A DNA stretch of 59,226 bases. Source: Alphaproteobacteria bacterium. GTDB lineage: Bacteria > Pseudomonadota > Alphaproteobacteria > Rs-D84. The stretch covers positions 1 through 59,226 of the forward strand of contig JAFURS010000044.1 of the NCBI GenBank assembly GCA_017471805.1, given 5' to 3'. The notes below the pieces were generated by a model. The model saw only the letters and a program-made list of their open reading frames with translations. It had not been told where the DNA came from and ran no database searches. The position numbers were made by a program, and so were the translations under genes. Positions 29,029 to 38,992 of this stretch are shown one piece after another (the stretch's first letter is position 1; each line of letters opens with the position of its first letter).

Positions 29029-30349
29029 CAGAGTTTCCTTCTAGTTCTGTTTTAATTTCACCGACCGCCAAGGCAACTGCGGCACGCTTGGTAAACAAAT
29101 CGTATTTTGCCGCATTGTTTTGCTTTTCAGCACTGACCAGTTCGGATTGGGCCGTCTGCCAGTCCAACATTGTTGCACGACCAACACGATACATTCCCGC
29201 CGTCACACGTTCAGATTCTGTTGCAGACTTTAACAATGTTTCGGTTTGCTTTAATACCGTCTGGGCGGTTTTATAATTCTGATAGGCGGTAAAAATATCC
29301 AATGATGCGTTATCCTGGGCGGCACGTTCTTGTTCCAGCGCACGTTCATAATTCGCCTGGGCGGCACGGGCATTATACAGATTTGCAAAACCGGCAAATA
29401 GCGGCATAGATGCACGGATACCAATACTGCCACTGATGTTATCAGAACCAGCACCAAATGTTTCAGACGGTGTGTCGTTCCACGATATGGAACCAGATGC
29501 AGAAATTGACGGCAAATTACTTAAAAATGTGCTGTTGCGACGATGCCAGGCCGCATCTTTGTTCGCAGTGGCACGCAACAGGTCCGGACGTGTCTGTTGC
29601 GCCTGGGCAAAAAGTTCGTCCAAGGTCTTGGTTTCTTGGGGGGCGCCAAATTCAGATGGCATATCAGCAATCTGTATTTCTTGGTCCGCAGAAAAAGACA
29701 ATTTATTCAAAAGTGTCGCCTGGGCAATTTTACGGTTGTTTTTTGCACGCTCTAAATCCAGGTCACGACTGGCCAGTGTGGTATCGGCCTTTAATACGTC
29801 AGCCTTGGCCACAGAACCGGCTTGAAATTTCTTTTTCGCTGTGTCGTGGGCGGTTTTCGCAACCGTGTGCAACATTTCAGCCGAACGAACATCCGCATCG
29901 GCATTTAGTAATGCATAATACGCACCGATTAAACCATAGACATAATTCTGGACCGATTCGTTATAATCAAAACCCGCCGCACGAAATGTCGCAATCGACT
30001 GATTCAAATCAGATAAACGTTTGCCAAAATCAAATATTAAATATGACGCAGAAACAGAAGCACCATACGACCAATCACCCCAATTTTCATTTCTGTATGG
30101 GATAGAAGCACTGCCCGATAAATTTACAGACGGCAGATAATCAGCATATGCACCATTTTTTGAAAAACGGGCCGATTCATACGCCAGATATGCAGATGCA
30201 GTCTGGGGATTGCGACACAGTCCCAGTTCTATAACCTGGGGCAAATTAAGTTTTCCGTCGGGAACAGTTGTCCGGGTTGCACAATTATCAACCTGGGCCA
30301 AGGCGGCAAATGGGGCAAGACACATTATAAAAAGTGACTGTATTCTCAT
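29009..30349 (-). CDS. tolC: TolC-family outer membrane efflux protein
   Basis: It has a signal peptide and two tandem OEP repeats with long helices. It overlaps the adaptor gene by 20 nt. Confidence 0.85.
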   Translation of the reverse strand: MRIQSLFIMCLAPFAALAQVDNCATRTTVPDGKLNLPQVIELGLCRNPQTASAYLAYESARFSKNGAYADYLPSVNLSGSASIPYRNENWGDWSYGASVSASYLIFDFGKRLSDLNQSIATFRAAGFDYNESVQNYVYGLIGAYYALLNADADVRSAEMLHTVAKTAHDTAKKKFQAGSVAKADVLKADTTLASRDLDLERAKNNRKIAQATLLNKLSFSADQEIQIADMPSEFGAPQETKTLDELFAQAQQTRPDLLRATANKDAAWHRRNSTFLSNLPSISASGSISWNDTPSETFGAGSDNISGSIGIRASMPLFAGFANLYNARAAQANYERALEQERAAQDNASLDIFTAYQNYKTAQTVLKQTETLLKSATESERVTAGMYRVGRATMLDWQTAQSELVSAEKQNNAAKYDLFTKRAAVALAVGEIKTELEGNSDEQEKQ

Positions 30350-30447
30350 ATATATTCTCTCTCGGGCTATAATATTTTTTAATTATACAATTTTTATGTT
30401 GAATTACAATTTATTTTTGCGTATTATACCCCTGCTGAAAAGTTTAT

Positions 30448-30521
30448 GGCCTGGTGGCAGAGTGGTTATGCAGAGGACTGCAAATCCTTGGATGCCGGTT
30501 CGATTCCGACCCAGGCCTCCA
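30448..30521 (+). tRNA. tRNA-Cys (anticodon GCA)
   Basis: It has acceptor GGCCTGG/CCAGGCC, anticodon loop CTGCAAA, T-loop TTCGATT and an encoded CCA. There is one C-A mismatch in the T-stem. Confidence 0.85.
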
Positions 30522-30533
30522 CTCTAAGTTAAG

Positions 30534-30566
30534 AAAAAACACCCTTGCGGGTGTTTCTTTTATTTT
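30534..30566 (+). terminator. Intrinsic terminator after tRNA-Cys
   Basis: ACACCC-TTGC-GGGTGT is followed by a T-rich tract. Confidence 0.6.
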
Positions 30567-30579
30567 GTATATTCGTCCT

Positions 30580-31659
30580 ATGATAAATTCTCTTAGTTTA
30601 ACAGATTTTAGAAATCACGTAATGTGCCGAATCACAACCGGCGGTCAGCGAAACGTTATTATTATTGGACCAAATGGTGCGGGCAAGACTGCAATACTGG
30701 AAGCGGTGTCAATGCTGGGCGGGGAACGTGGTATGCGTGGGGCCGCAATGGTTGATGTTGCACGCTTTGATGGAAATGGTGGTTTTAGCGTTTTTGCAGA
30801 ACTGGATAACGAAACACAAATCGGCGTGAACTTTGTTGGGGGTGATGCAAATCGTCGGGCCAAGGTTGACGGTGAAAACGCAACATTGACCGATTTGGCA
30901 AAACATTTGCGCATTGTTTGGATTTCCCCAAAAGAAGACAGGTTATTTGTCGATAGCGCATCAGACAGACGGGCGTTCTTTGACCGATTGGCCGCCAGTT
31001 TTGACGCATCGCACGCAGGACGTGTTGCAAGACTGGGTAAATTATTTAGCGAAAGAGCATATGCATTAAAAAATGGCGCAGATTCACATTGGTTGGACGC
31101 ACTGGACAATCAAATCGCAGGTGTCGCCGTTGCGGTGGCGGTGGCACGGATTCAATATGCAGGGGAAATAAATTTCTTTCTGGAACGATGTGCGGTGTCT
31201 GTGTCGGGAATGATTGAAAAAATGCTGATTGACGGAACGTCTGTGGCAGACGCTGAAAAAAACTATCTGGATTACTTGAAAAACCATCGTGTTTTGGTTG
31301 GGGATAAAATGGTACTGGATGGACCACATAAGTCTGATTTCGGTGTATTTAATAATACACTGGGGTTGCCGGCACATCTGACCAGCACAGGACAACAAAA
31401 AACAGTTTTAATTGACCTGATTTTGGCACACGCAAAACTGGTTCATACAAAAACAGGAAAAAGACCACTGATTCTGTTAGACGAAGCGGCGGCACACCTG
31501 GATAAAAACGCACGACAAAAAATGTTCGAAGAATTAGGGGCGGCAGATGCACAGGTTTGGGCAACAGGTTTAGATATTGAAATTTTCAAAGATATTCCCA
31601 ATGCCGTATTTGTCACTTGCCAGAATGGGGAAATAAGTAATATAGTGGGGGCGGAGTAA
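30580..31659 (+). CDS. recF: DNA replication and repair protein RecF
   Basis: It starts MINSLSLTDFRNH, has the Walker A GPNGAGKTAILEA, and an SMC-like signature (TSTGQQKT, LLDEAAAHLD). The upstream ORF extension overlaps tRNA-Cys and was trimmed. Confidence 0.9.
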   Translation: MINSLSLTDFRNHVMCRITTGGQRNVIIIGPNGAGKTAILEAVSMLGGERGMRGAAMVDVARFDGNGGFSVFAELDNETQIGVNFVGGDANRRAKVDGENATLTDLAKHLRIVWISPKEDRLFVDSASDRRAFFDRLAASFDASHAGRVARLGKLFSERAYALKNGADSHWLDALDNQIAGVAVAVAVARIQYAGEINFFLERCAVSVSGMIEKMLIDGTSVADAEKNYLDYLKNHRVLVGDKMVLDGPHKSDFGVFNNTLGLPAHLTSTGQQKTVLIDLILAHAKLVHTKTGKRPLILLDEAAAHLDKNARQKMFEELGAADAQVWATGLDIEIFKDIPNAVFVTCQNGEISNIVGAE

Positions 31660-31665
31660 AAAGAA

Positions 31666-32130
31666 ATGGCTAAAATAGACTATCAAACATTATTAGATAA
31701 CGCATTAAAATCTGTTGTAAAAGACGCATTGGTGCACGCACAATTTAACGGACTGGGGGATGGAACACACTTTTTTATCACGTTCAGAACACGTGATAGC
31801 GGGGTTGTGTTGCCGGACTTTTTACGGATTAGATACCCAGATATTATGACGATTGTTTTACAATATTCATATAATAATCTGCACGTGTCTGATAAGGAAT
31901 TTGGTGTGCAATTGACATTTGACGGACGACCGTTCTTTATTCGGGTGCCGTTTTCGTCGTTGGTTGAATTCAAAGATCCGTCAGTTGATTTTATGCTGTC
32001 GTTTCAACCAAAGAAACAAACGGCCGCCGCAGATAACGATATGGAATTACCACTGGAAGAAAAACCAGGAACAGTTCCCGACCCAGGACGGGTTGTTTCA
32101 TTGGACGAATTTAGAAAAAACAGAAAGTAA
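31666..32130 (+). CDS. sspB: SspB-like ClpXP adaptor (alpha-type)
   Basis: It has an SspB-fold pattern (THFFITFRT...GVVLPDFL...YPDIMTIVLQYSYNNLHVSDKEFGVQLTFDG...VPFSSLVEFKDPSVDF) and a flexible tail. Confidence 0.6.
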   Translation: MAKIDYQTLLDNALKSVVKDALVHAQFNGLGDGTHFFITFRTRDSGVVLPDFLRIRYPDIMTIVLQYSYNNLHVSDKEFGVQLTFDGRPFFIRVPFSSLVEFKDPSVDFMLSFQPKKQTAAADNDMELPLEEKPGTVPDPGRVVSLDEFRKNRK

Positions 32131-32158
32131 AAAAATCCCCAATTTGGGGATTTTTATT
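32129..32158. terminator. Bidirectional terminator
   Basis: AAATCCCCA-ATT-TGGGGATTT is flanked by A-tracts and T-tracts. Confidence 0.7.
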
Positions 32159-34409
32159 TTGCAACCAATTCCTTGACCGTTTTTGTTTGTGGGTCATAAA
32201 TTCGTGGCGACCCAGAATACCCCAGCGCACGATGATGGGCAGGCACCAAAAATTCAGGCAATGGCGCACATTCGCCCATTTGGGTTTTTGCATACATCTT
32301 TTTCTGGATTGGTGTCGAATTTTTATACCACCGCTCTTGGTCTGCCTTAATCGGACGATTATAAAATCCTTGGATAATAACCAACTGTTCTTCGGGATTC
32401 ATTTTCATAATATCCATTGGGGTAAATAACAATTCTTCGGTTGTTTCTTCTTTGTCTTTGCCGTCGGGTCCCTTGACCGTTTTCTTTTTCATTTTATAAC
32501 CCATCATTTCAGAGAAACGTTTCGCAGTATCAGGGTCGTTTTGACGCATTACAATTTTTGCAGCCGTCGTTGATATAATAGTCGCAGCAGCATCAGCACC
32601 GTATTTTTCTGCAATCTGGTGCAGGTCCTGACCAATAATCAGATATAAAATCTTTTGCCCACGCCCAAGGTCGGGTCCTTGAATAATTGCCTGTAATTTT
32701 TGCATTTTGGGCATTTCGTCAATCGCAAACAATACAGGATACGGGCCAAGTTTTTGCCCCTGGTGCATATCGCCAGGTTTATTAGCCAACAAGAAATTTG
32801 ACATTAGTTCAATAAAGATTGCAGTTATTGGATTTAATGCCTGGGCATCAACCATATTTATAGATAAATATACTGATACAGGTTTTATTTTGCCGTCCCT
32901 GGGGTCAACCATTCCACGCAGGTCTGAAAAATGAAAGTCAGAATGACTGGTCCGATTGCGAACAGCCGCATTACGGAAAATATTTAACCCAGACTGCGCC
33001 GTTGACATAATAGAACCACGTTCCTTGTCCGGAGTGCTGGCAAGTTGTGTTAATTCTTGGATTGCACGATGCGAATAGGCATAACGTCGTGCTTCGTCAA
33101 CAGCCTTCATAAACATATCCTTGGCAGGGTCGGCCATCATAACCATTTGGTCACCCTGGCGGCGACGATTTTCAATATCTTCGGCAATGGCAATTTGTGA
33201 TGCGTTTAACCAATCTAGAATCATTGAAAAAGACGCTTCACGGCCGTGCCAGGCATCGGGAATATTTTCCCACGTGCCAACGTGAACATAATTCATCGCA
33301 TTTAATTCGCCACGCTGCAATAATGCGTGCGCAGCATAGGCATTTGGATCAGACGACATCGACAGATAATAATCAGATAACACAGCCGCATCTTCGGCAT
33401 TAAAGGTGCCATTGGATATACGTGCATAAAAATAATCATCAGCCTTGGCACGTTCAACCTTGGAAATAATAAATTGAATATAGCCGGTCAGGGCCGCACG
33501 ACCGGTAATTGTCCAGTGCGGGTCGGCCGATGATGATGAGCGGTCTGGAATCAGCGTATTTACAATTGAATCAACGTATAAATCACGTTCTTCGGCATTA
33601 AATGGGACGTGGCCGGGGGACAATGGATTCCACGACGGATAATAAATACCACGTGCAGGGTCATCCTGGCCCGCCCAATTCATAATAAATACAGGACCGA
33701 TTGTTGAACGATAACCAGATGTCGTTTGTTTCAGTTCAGGTTTTGGGTCGTTGATAATCATTGAAACTGTATCACATTCTAGAATCGTTGGTTCAACCAC
33801 ACCCTTGGTTTTACCGGTCCCCGGGGGCGCAACACACAACGTCGATAAACATTCGTCAAACATTAGTGGTTTGCCCTTGAAAAAGCCAAGAACCATCATA
33901 AAGCCCTTGAACAAACCGTCCTTGTTCTTGTAATCTTGCCCCATCTTTTTAATGTCGTCAGCAGTCGCAACACGAGATGTTTTTTCGTCAAATTTATCCT
34001 TGCTGTGTGGGTTAAATTCGTCCGCCATTGTGCCGTCTGATAAAAAGAAATAACCAATTATTGGTAAAATCGGGGTTATGCACGGAAAATCAGGACGCAT
34101 TATACACCGACCAATCCAAGACGGTATTTCCGCCAAAACCGATAAACCCGCCGACGCCACAAAATTCTGTAAATATAATGATAACCAGTGCTGACTGGCC
34201 GGAGACCAACCATAACGCCATATGTATTCAATCGGAAATGACGCAACAACCATTAACGCCGCAATCAACCAGGTTATTATCGCCCAACGTATGCCCCAAA
34301 ATTCACGTGCAACACTGTTTTGGTCAAATTCTTTGTAGGCAGACGAACGGAATATGTTTAATCCCTTGCCCTTGCCTGATGCGGATAAAATGTTGAATTT
34401 CACTGCCAT
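32154..34409 (-). CDS. VirD4/TraG-family type IV secretion coupling protein-like ATPase (751 aa)
   Basis: It has N-terminal TM helices, a Walker A context (CVAPPGTGKTKGVVEPTILE...IINDPKPEL), a Walker B (VLFAIDEMPKMQKL), and then LYLIIGQDLHQIAEKYG. Confidence 0.75.
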   Translation of the reverse strand: MAVKFNILSASGKGKGLNIFRSSAYKEFDQNSVAREFWGIRWAIITWLIAALMVVASFPIEYIWRYGWSPASQHWLSLYLQNFVASAGLSVLAEIPSWIGRCIMRPDFPCITPILPIIGYFFLSDGTMADEFNPHSKDKFDEKTSRVATADDIKKMGQDYKNKDGLFKGFMMVLGFFKGKPLMFDECLSTLCVAPPGTGKTKGVVEPTILECDTVSMIINDPKPELKQTTSGYRSTIGPVFIMNWAGQDDPARGIYYPSWNPLSPGHVPFNAEERDLYVDSIVNTLIPDRSSSSADPHWTITGRAALTGYIQFIISKVERAKADDYFYARISNGTFNAEDAAVLSDYYLSMSSDPNAYAAHALLQRGELNAMNYVHVGTWENIPDAWHGREASFSMILDWLNASQIAIAEDIENRRRQGDQMVMMADPAKDMFMKAVDEARRYAYSHRAIQELTQLASTPDKERGSIMSTAQSGLNIFRNAAVRNRTSHSDFHFSDLRGMVDPRDGKIKPVSVYLSINMVDAQALNPITAIFIELMSNFLLANKPGDMHQGQKLGPYPVLFAIDEMPKMQKLQAIIQGPDLGRGQKILYLIIGQDLHQIAEKYGADAAATIISTTAAKIVMRQNDPDTAKRFSEMMGYKMKKKTVKGPDGKDKEETTEELLFTPMDIMKMNPEEQLVIIQGFYNRPIKADQERWYKNSTPIQKKMYAKTQMGECAPLPEFLVPAHHRALGYSGSPRIYDPQTKTVKELVAK

Positions 34410-34464
34410 AGTGTTATTATTATATCAGAAATTTATGTATTAAAAAATCAGGAAATGCAAAATT

Positions 34465-35121
34465 ATGAAAAATATTCCAAGAATCTTTGTCGGAAATGAC
34501 GTATCAGAAAATACCGTCGTGCCAATCGAACGTGATGTTGCGCACTATCTGCAACGGGTTATGCGAACCGACAAATGTCTGGCCTTTGGTGGGGGCAAGG
34601 AATTTTCAGCCGTGTTGTCTGATGATAAAAAATGTCTGATTGTCAATAGCCAGACAGAACACAACGACCCATCAAATGATTTAACACTAATGTTTGCACC
34701 AATCAAACGATGTGACGACCTGATAAATATGGCAACACAAATGGGAATCGCAAAATTTCAACCCGTTATCACAGACAGAACAACAACACATCATATTAAC
34801 TGGGAACGGATGAAAAAAATTATGGTCGAGGCCGCAGAACAATCAAATCGAAACAGCGTGCCGGAAATTTTGCAGCCTGTTAAATTTTCAAGCCTGGATT
34901 TATCAAGCGTTGTCTTTGCAGATGAACGGGCGGCGCACGACAAAGATTTTGAAATAAAACAAAAAAAGACAAAGGCTATTTTAATCGGACCCGAAGGTGG
35001 GTTTTCAGATGATGAATTTAATCAACTGGATACGGCCGGGGCAATCGGTATATCGTTGGGTAAAACAATTCTGCGGGCAGAAGTTGCCGCAGTGGTCGCA
35101 ATTACAAAAATAATGGAATAA
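34465..35121 (+). CDS. rsmE: 16S rRNA (uracil1498-N3)-methyltransferase RsmE
   Basis: It is a SPOUT-family protein with an N-terminal PUA-like region (RIFV...HYLQRVMR) and a C-terminal LIGPEGGFSDDE...LGKTILRAE. Confidence 0.85.
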   Translation: MKNIPRIFVGNDVSENTVVPIERDVAHYLQRVMRTDKCLAFGGGKEFSAVLSDDKKCLIVNSQTEHNDPSNDLTLMFAPIKRCDDLINMATQMGIAKFQPVITDRTTTHHINWERMKKIMVEAAEQSNRNSVPEILQPVKFSSLDLSSVVFADERAAHDKDFEIKQKKTKAILIGPEGGFSDDEFNQLDTAGAIGISLGKTILRAEVAAVVAITKIME

Positions 35122-35122
35122 T

Positions 35123-35821
35123 ATGGGTATTCGTATCGCAAAATTTATAGCAGATTCAGGGGTCGCTTCACGCAGGGCGGCCGAAGATATGATTGCAGAT
35201 GGACGGGTGACGGTGAACGACAATATCGTTTTTAGCCCCGTGTTCTTTGTTGGCGAAAACGATGTAATCAAAATCGACGATGTGGTTGTTGTCCCAAAAA
35301 CAGAAACAGAACTTTATGCGTTTCACAAACCTCTGAATACTATGACAACCGTTTGCGACCCACAAGGACGCAGGACAATCTATGACGTTTTGCCAAAGGA
35401 ATATAAAAATCTGAAATATGTTGGACGGCTGGACTATAAAACAACAGGGTTGTTATTGTTAACCAACGATGGGGATTTGGCACGCAAATTAACACTGCCG
35501 TCGTCGGGAATTAAACGGATATATATCGCAACAGTCAACGGCAAGGATTTTTCAAAACTGGATATGGCACGACGTGGTATCACGGTTGATGGGATTAAAT
35601 ATGCGCCGATGAAAATAGATGAAATCGGGGGCAGTAATTTACGTGTCGAAATTACCGAAGGTAAAAAGAACGAAGTGCGCATAGTCTTGCGGGCGTGTGG
35701 GTGCGGTGTTCGAAAATTACACAGGGTTTTATACGGTAATGTTGCGTTGGGAAAACTGCCCGTGGGGAAAATTCAAAAATTGTCACAGAAAACAATTGAC
35801 GAAATGTTAAAATCTCTTTAA
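35123..35821 (+). CDS. RsuA/RluB-family pseudouridine synthase
   Basis: It has an S4 domain (RIAKFIADSGVASRRAAEDMIADGRVTVN) and the catalytic motif GRLDYKTTGLLLLTNDG. Confidence 0.85.
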   Translation: MGIRIAKFIADSGVASRRAAEDMIADGRVTVNDNIVFSPVFFVGENDVIKIDDVVVVPKTETELYAFHKPLNTMTTVCDPQGRRTIYDVLPKEYKNLKYVGRLDYKTTGLLLLTNDGDLARKLTLPSSGIKRIYIATVNGKDFSKLDMARRGITVDGIKYAPMKIDEIGGSNLRVEITEGKKNEVRIVLRACGCGVRKLHRVLYGNVALGKLPVGKIQKLSQKTIDEMLKSL

Positions 35822-35849
35822 TATTCTATTAAAAGGAAGGGAGATTTAG

Positions 35850-36914
35850 ATGAAAAAAACACCTGTAAAAAAATCTGCAAATACAAAAAACCGTGTAAAA
35901 GTGCGCCCTGTGGCGTCTAAGCCAACTGTTAAACCAGCAAAACAAAAACAGTGCTTTAATCCGTGGTCGATTTCTATTTATGTTTATTGGTTTATTATTT
36001 TGTTCTTTATTGCGGCGACTTTTTATATTTTGGGACGCTCGCATAATGCGCAACCAAGTGTGGCAAATGTCGAAATCACAGAAGAAGTTTTGTTGCAGTC
36101 TGGCGACTTCTATGAAAGCGGTAAAACAAAGTTGTTAACCGGTGAATTAGATGCCGCAATCGTTGACCTGACCGCTGCAATTGACGCAGGGGCCGCAAGT
36201 GTTGATACATACATCCTGCGTGGCGAAGCGTATATGCAGTCTGGGGATTATCGCAGTGCAATGAACGATTTTAACGCCGCATTGGCAAAAGATCCGGCAA
36301 ATGCCGTTGCATACTATGACCGTGCGCTGTTGAATATCCGTCTGGAAGACTATAATGCGGCAATGAATGATATTAACAATACATTGGCGGCAAATACGTC
36401 TAACCCAAGTCCAGCATTGCAAATGCGTGATTTGTATGCAAAACGTGGTCAGTTAAACCTGTGGTTGAAAAATTGGCAGGGCGCAATTGCAGACTATACT
36501 AATTCGTTGGCACGTCCAGAAGGCTCTGTTAACCCAATCGTTTATGCAGAACGTGCAGAAGCATATACTGCAATGGGCGACTATGTGGCGGCAATTAACG
36601 ATTATTCATCTGCGGTGCGTGTGATTTCTGAACAAATTCAGGGCGCACCAACAATCGAAGAACGTGAACAGTTGTCAAGCAACGCAATGAGTTATTTCGA
36701 AAAGTCGGCGGCATTAAACCTGAATCTGGGTAATGTTGATGCGGCACGCACAGATTTGGAATCTTCATACACAATCGCCGTGGCGTTAAATGATTCTGAA
36801 ACAATGGAAAGACTGCAAGGTTTGATTGCAGAACTTAATCAACCAGAACAGCCACAAGAAGTTGTTGAGGCTGTCGTTGAAACAACAACACCTGAAACAA
36901 CAGAACAAATGTAG
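35850..36914 (+). CDS. Membrane-anchored TPR-repeat protein
   Basis: It has a Lys-rich N-terminus, one TM helix, and multiple TPR-like repeats (A..Y..RG......GDY..A..D...AL). Confidence 0.65.
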   Translation: MKKTPVKKSANTKNRVKVRPVASKPTVKPAKQKQCFNPWSISIYVYWFIILFFIAATFYILGRSHNAQPSVANVEITEEVLLQSGDFYESGKTKLLTGELDAAIVDLTAAIDAGAASVDTYILRGEAYMQSGDYRSAMNDFNAALAKDPANAVAYYDRALLNIRLEDYNAAMNDINNTLAANTSNPSPALQMRDLYAKRGQLNLWLKNWQGAIADYTNSLARPEGSVNPIVYAERAEAYTAMGDYVAAINDYSSAVRVISEQIQGAPTIEEREQLSSNAMSYFEKSAALNLNLGNVDAARTDLESSYTIAVALNDSETMERLQGLIAELNQPEQPQEVVEAVVETTTPETTEQM

Positions 36915-36923
36915 GTTTGTTAT

Positions 36924-36950
36924 AAATCCCCCGTTTGGGGGATTTTTTTT
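36924..36950 (+). terminator. Intrinsic terminator
   Basis: ATCCCCC-GTTT-GGGGGAT is followed by T7. Confidence 0.7.
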
Positions 36951-37042
36951 ATGATTTTTTGCCTGAATACAAAATAACTTTCTGTTTTACTTTCATTAAA
37001 TTGTTGGTATAGTTATCTTCATAACAAACAAAAGGATGGAAA

Positions 37043-37711
37043 ATGGCAAAAAAATCAGCAGATAATGCAGTTGTAAAAAGTTATAAAAAAACAGGTATTG
37101 TTGCCGCAGTTGTCGTGGCGGTCGCAGTATTGGGGGTATGGGCGGTTTCAGCATTAAATTCTGGCAATGATGGCGCATCAGTCGCAGATGCAATGACAGT
37201 CGTTTCAGAAGATGCTGCAAATGGCGCAAATTTACGCATCGCAGTCGTTCGTATGGATGAAATTCAGTCACAGGCCGTGGCACTGAAAGATTTGCGTGAA
37301 CAAAAAGAAAAATACGAAAGCGAATTGCGTGATGAATTAACCAAAGAACAAAAAGCACTGGAAAAAGAAAAAGTAGAAATCGAAAAATCACAGGACGTTT
37401 TATCACGTGAAGCATTACAACGTCGTGTTGTTGACTATCAAAACAAAGTGACAAAACTGCAACGTGATTTGACAGAACGTGCGCAGAGCATTGAAATGTC
37501 TTATCAAAAGGCACTGAACGAATTACAGACAAAACATCTGGACCCAGTTATCGAAGGTATTATTGCCAAGAAAAACCTGTCGTTGGTAATTGACGGCCGT
37601 ATGGCACGCACAGGCGCAGATGCAGCAAATCTGGATATTACAAACGAAGTCGTTTCAGCGTTGGATAAAAAGATTTCCAAAGTAAAGATGGAAACACCAA
37701 AAGGTTTCTAA
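37043..37711 (+). CDS. OmpH/Skp-family chaperone-like protein
   Basis: It has an N-terminal anchor and a long coiled-coil with the OmpH-like pattern (IAVVRMDEIQSQAVA...ELRDEL...LQRDL...IIAKKNLSLVID). Confidence 0.6.
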   Translation: MAKKSADNAVVKSYKKTGIVAAVVVAVAVLGVWAVSALNSGNDGASVADAMTVVSEDAANGANLRIAVVRMDEIQSQAVALKDLREQKEKYESELRDELTKEQKALEKEKVEIEKSQDVLSREALQRRVVDYQNKVTKLQRDLTERAQSIEMSYQKALNELQTKHLDPVIEGIIAKKNLSLVIDGRMARTGADAANLDITNEVVSALDKKISKVKMETPKGF

Positions 37712-37718
37712 ATATAAT

Positions 37719-37741
37719 CGCCCAATGGGGCGTTTTTTTTT
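37719..37741 (+). terminator. Intrinsic terminator
   Basis: CGCCC-AATG-GGGCG is followed by T9. Confidence 0.7.
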
Positions 37742-37785
37742 GCTTTTTTTCGTTTGGTATTACCCCCCCTGCCCCAACGTGGTAA

Positions 37786-37808
37786 TAAAAATCCCCCAAT
37801 CGGGGGAT
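37786..37808 (-). terminator. Intrinsic terminator after rpsO
   Basis: ATCCCCC-AATC-GGGGGAT is followed by a T-tract on the minus strand. Confidence 0.65.
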
Positions 37809-37811
37809 GTC

Positions 37812-38084
37812 TTATTTACGCAAGCCTAATTTCTTAATCAAGGCTTCGTAATCAGATGGATTACGTTTCTTGATATAGGCCAATAACTTCTTGCGACGGT
37901 TAACCATCAACAACAAACCACGTTTAGAATGATTGTCTTTGTGATTAGCCTTCATATGTTCTGTCAAGTTGCTAATACGTTCTGTTAAAACAGCAACCTG
38001 AGATTCAACAGAACCACCGTTGTCAACGTCCGAAATCTTGTATTCCTGAATCAGTTCAGATTTTTTTGCCTTTGTAATGGACAT
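37812..38084 (-). CDS. rpsO: 30S ribosomal protein S15
   Basis: The full-length S15 signature is present ([35 protein letters not shown]). Confidence 0.95.
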   Translation of the reverse strand: MSITKAKKSELIQEYKISDVDNGGSVESQVAVLTERISNLTEHMKANHKDNHSKRGLLLMVNRRKKLLAYIKKRNPSDYEALIKKLGLRK

Positions 38085-38101
38085 TATATTTTCCTTTGAT
38101 T

Positions 38102-38992
38102 TTATATTGTTCGTTTTGGTCGCAATTCACCATCAGATACCAGACCAATACCAATGAAGTTTTCACCAGTATAAACCCGATACAGACCCGTGTCTGCGCC
38201 AGTTTTGATAAATCCACCGTTTTTATAATATTCAGCCGACTTATCGTCCAGATTCAAAACCGGAATGTCCCCCAGTCCAAAATCTGTTGGTTTTAGGTTT
38301 TCGCCTAAATTTCCACTATTATTAAATACTTTTTCCAAAAAATCAAGTCGGACAGCGTTTTTTATGTCAAATCCGTTTGTATAGGTGCGACGAATACTGT
38401 CAACCGTTGCAAGACAACCGCATATTTTCGCAATATCACGGGCCAAGGCACGAACATACGTTCCACGACTGCAACGGGTCCTGAAATGCCAGGAATTACC
38501 ATTACACCCCATAAATTCCAGTTCAAAGATTTCTATCTGGCGGGCGGGGATGTCAATTGCCCTGCCCTGGCGGGCCAGGTGGTGCGCCCGCTGACCATCA
38601 ACGTGAACCGCAGAATATATAGGCGGTATTTGACTGATTTTTCCAATCAGTTGCCTTGTTGCAGAACGAACATTGTCCGGGGTCGGCACAATATTATCAC
38701 GGGCAATTTCGTTGCCGGTTATGTCCAAGGTGTCGGTTTCAAAGCCAAAAATACACGAAAACAAATATTCTTTGACAGATGCGTTTGCGTCCTCGACAAA
38801 TGGTATCATTTTGGTCGCATCGCCAATTGCAATCGGCAATACACCTGTTGCCATTGGGTCCAGTGTGCCAATATGACCGAATTTTTTAGTCCCCAACATT
38901 CGTGCAATTCGTCCGCCCGCCGTGCGGGAAAACAGACCACTGTCTTTGTCCAAAATAATCCAACCAGATTTTGTCATTTTACCTTTATCCAA
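38102..38992 (-). CDS. truB: tRNA pseudouridine(55) synthase TruB
   Basis: It has the catalytic motif [19 protein letters not shown] and lies upstream of rpsO, as in many bacteria. Confidence 0.92.
   Translation of the reverse strand: MDKGKMTKSGWIILDKDSGLFSRTAGGRIARMLGTKKFGHIGTLDPMATGVLPIAIGDATKMIPFVEDANASVKEYLFSCIFGFETDTLDITGNEIARDNIVPTPDNVRSATRQLIGKISQIPPIYSAVHVDGQRAHHLARQGRAIDIPARQIEIFELEFMGCNGNSWHFRTRCSRGTYVRALARDIAKICGCLATVDSIRRTYTNGFDIKNAVRLDFLEKVFNNSGNLGENLKPTDFGLGDIPVLNLDDKSAEYYKNGGFIKTGADTGLYRVYTGENFIGIGLVSDGELRPKRTI

Noticed and set aside
27751-30349. tolC, the macA-like gene and PilO-P-ATPase-platform could form one operon, with TolC replacing the missing secretin.
   Set aside because: A good intrinsic terminator (27788-27811) and an extended -10 element separate the two units. 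No precedent supports a TolC-dependent pilus, so the idea is kept only as a remark in the findings.
30454-30579. The N-terminal extension of the recF ORF, and the ORF 20956-21351, both overlap tRNA genes.
   Set aside because: The extensions run through tRNA-Cys or tRNA-Val and their terminators. recF has a canonical MINSLSLTDFRNH start at 30580.
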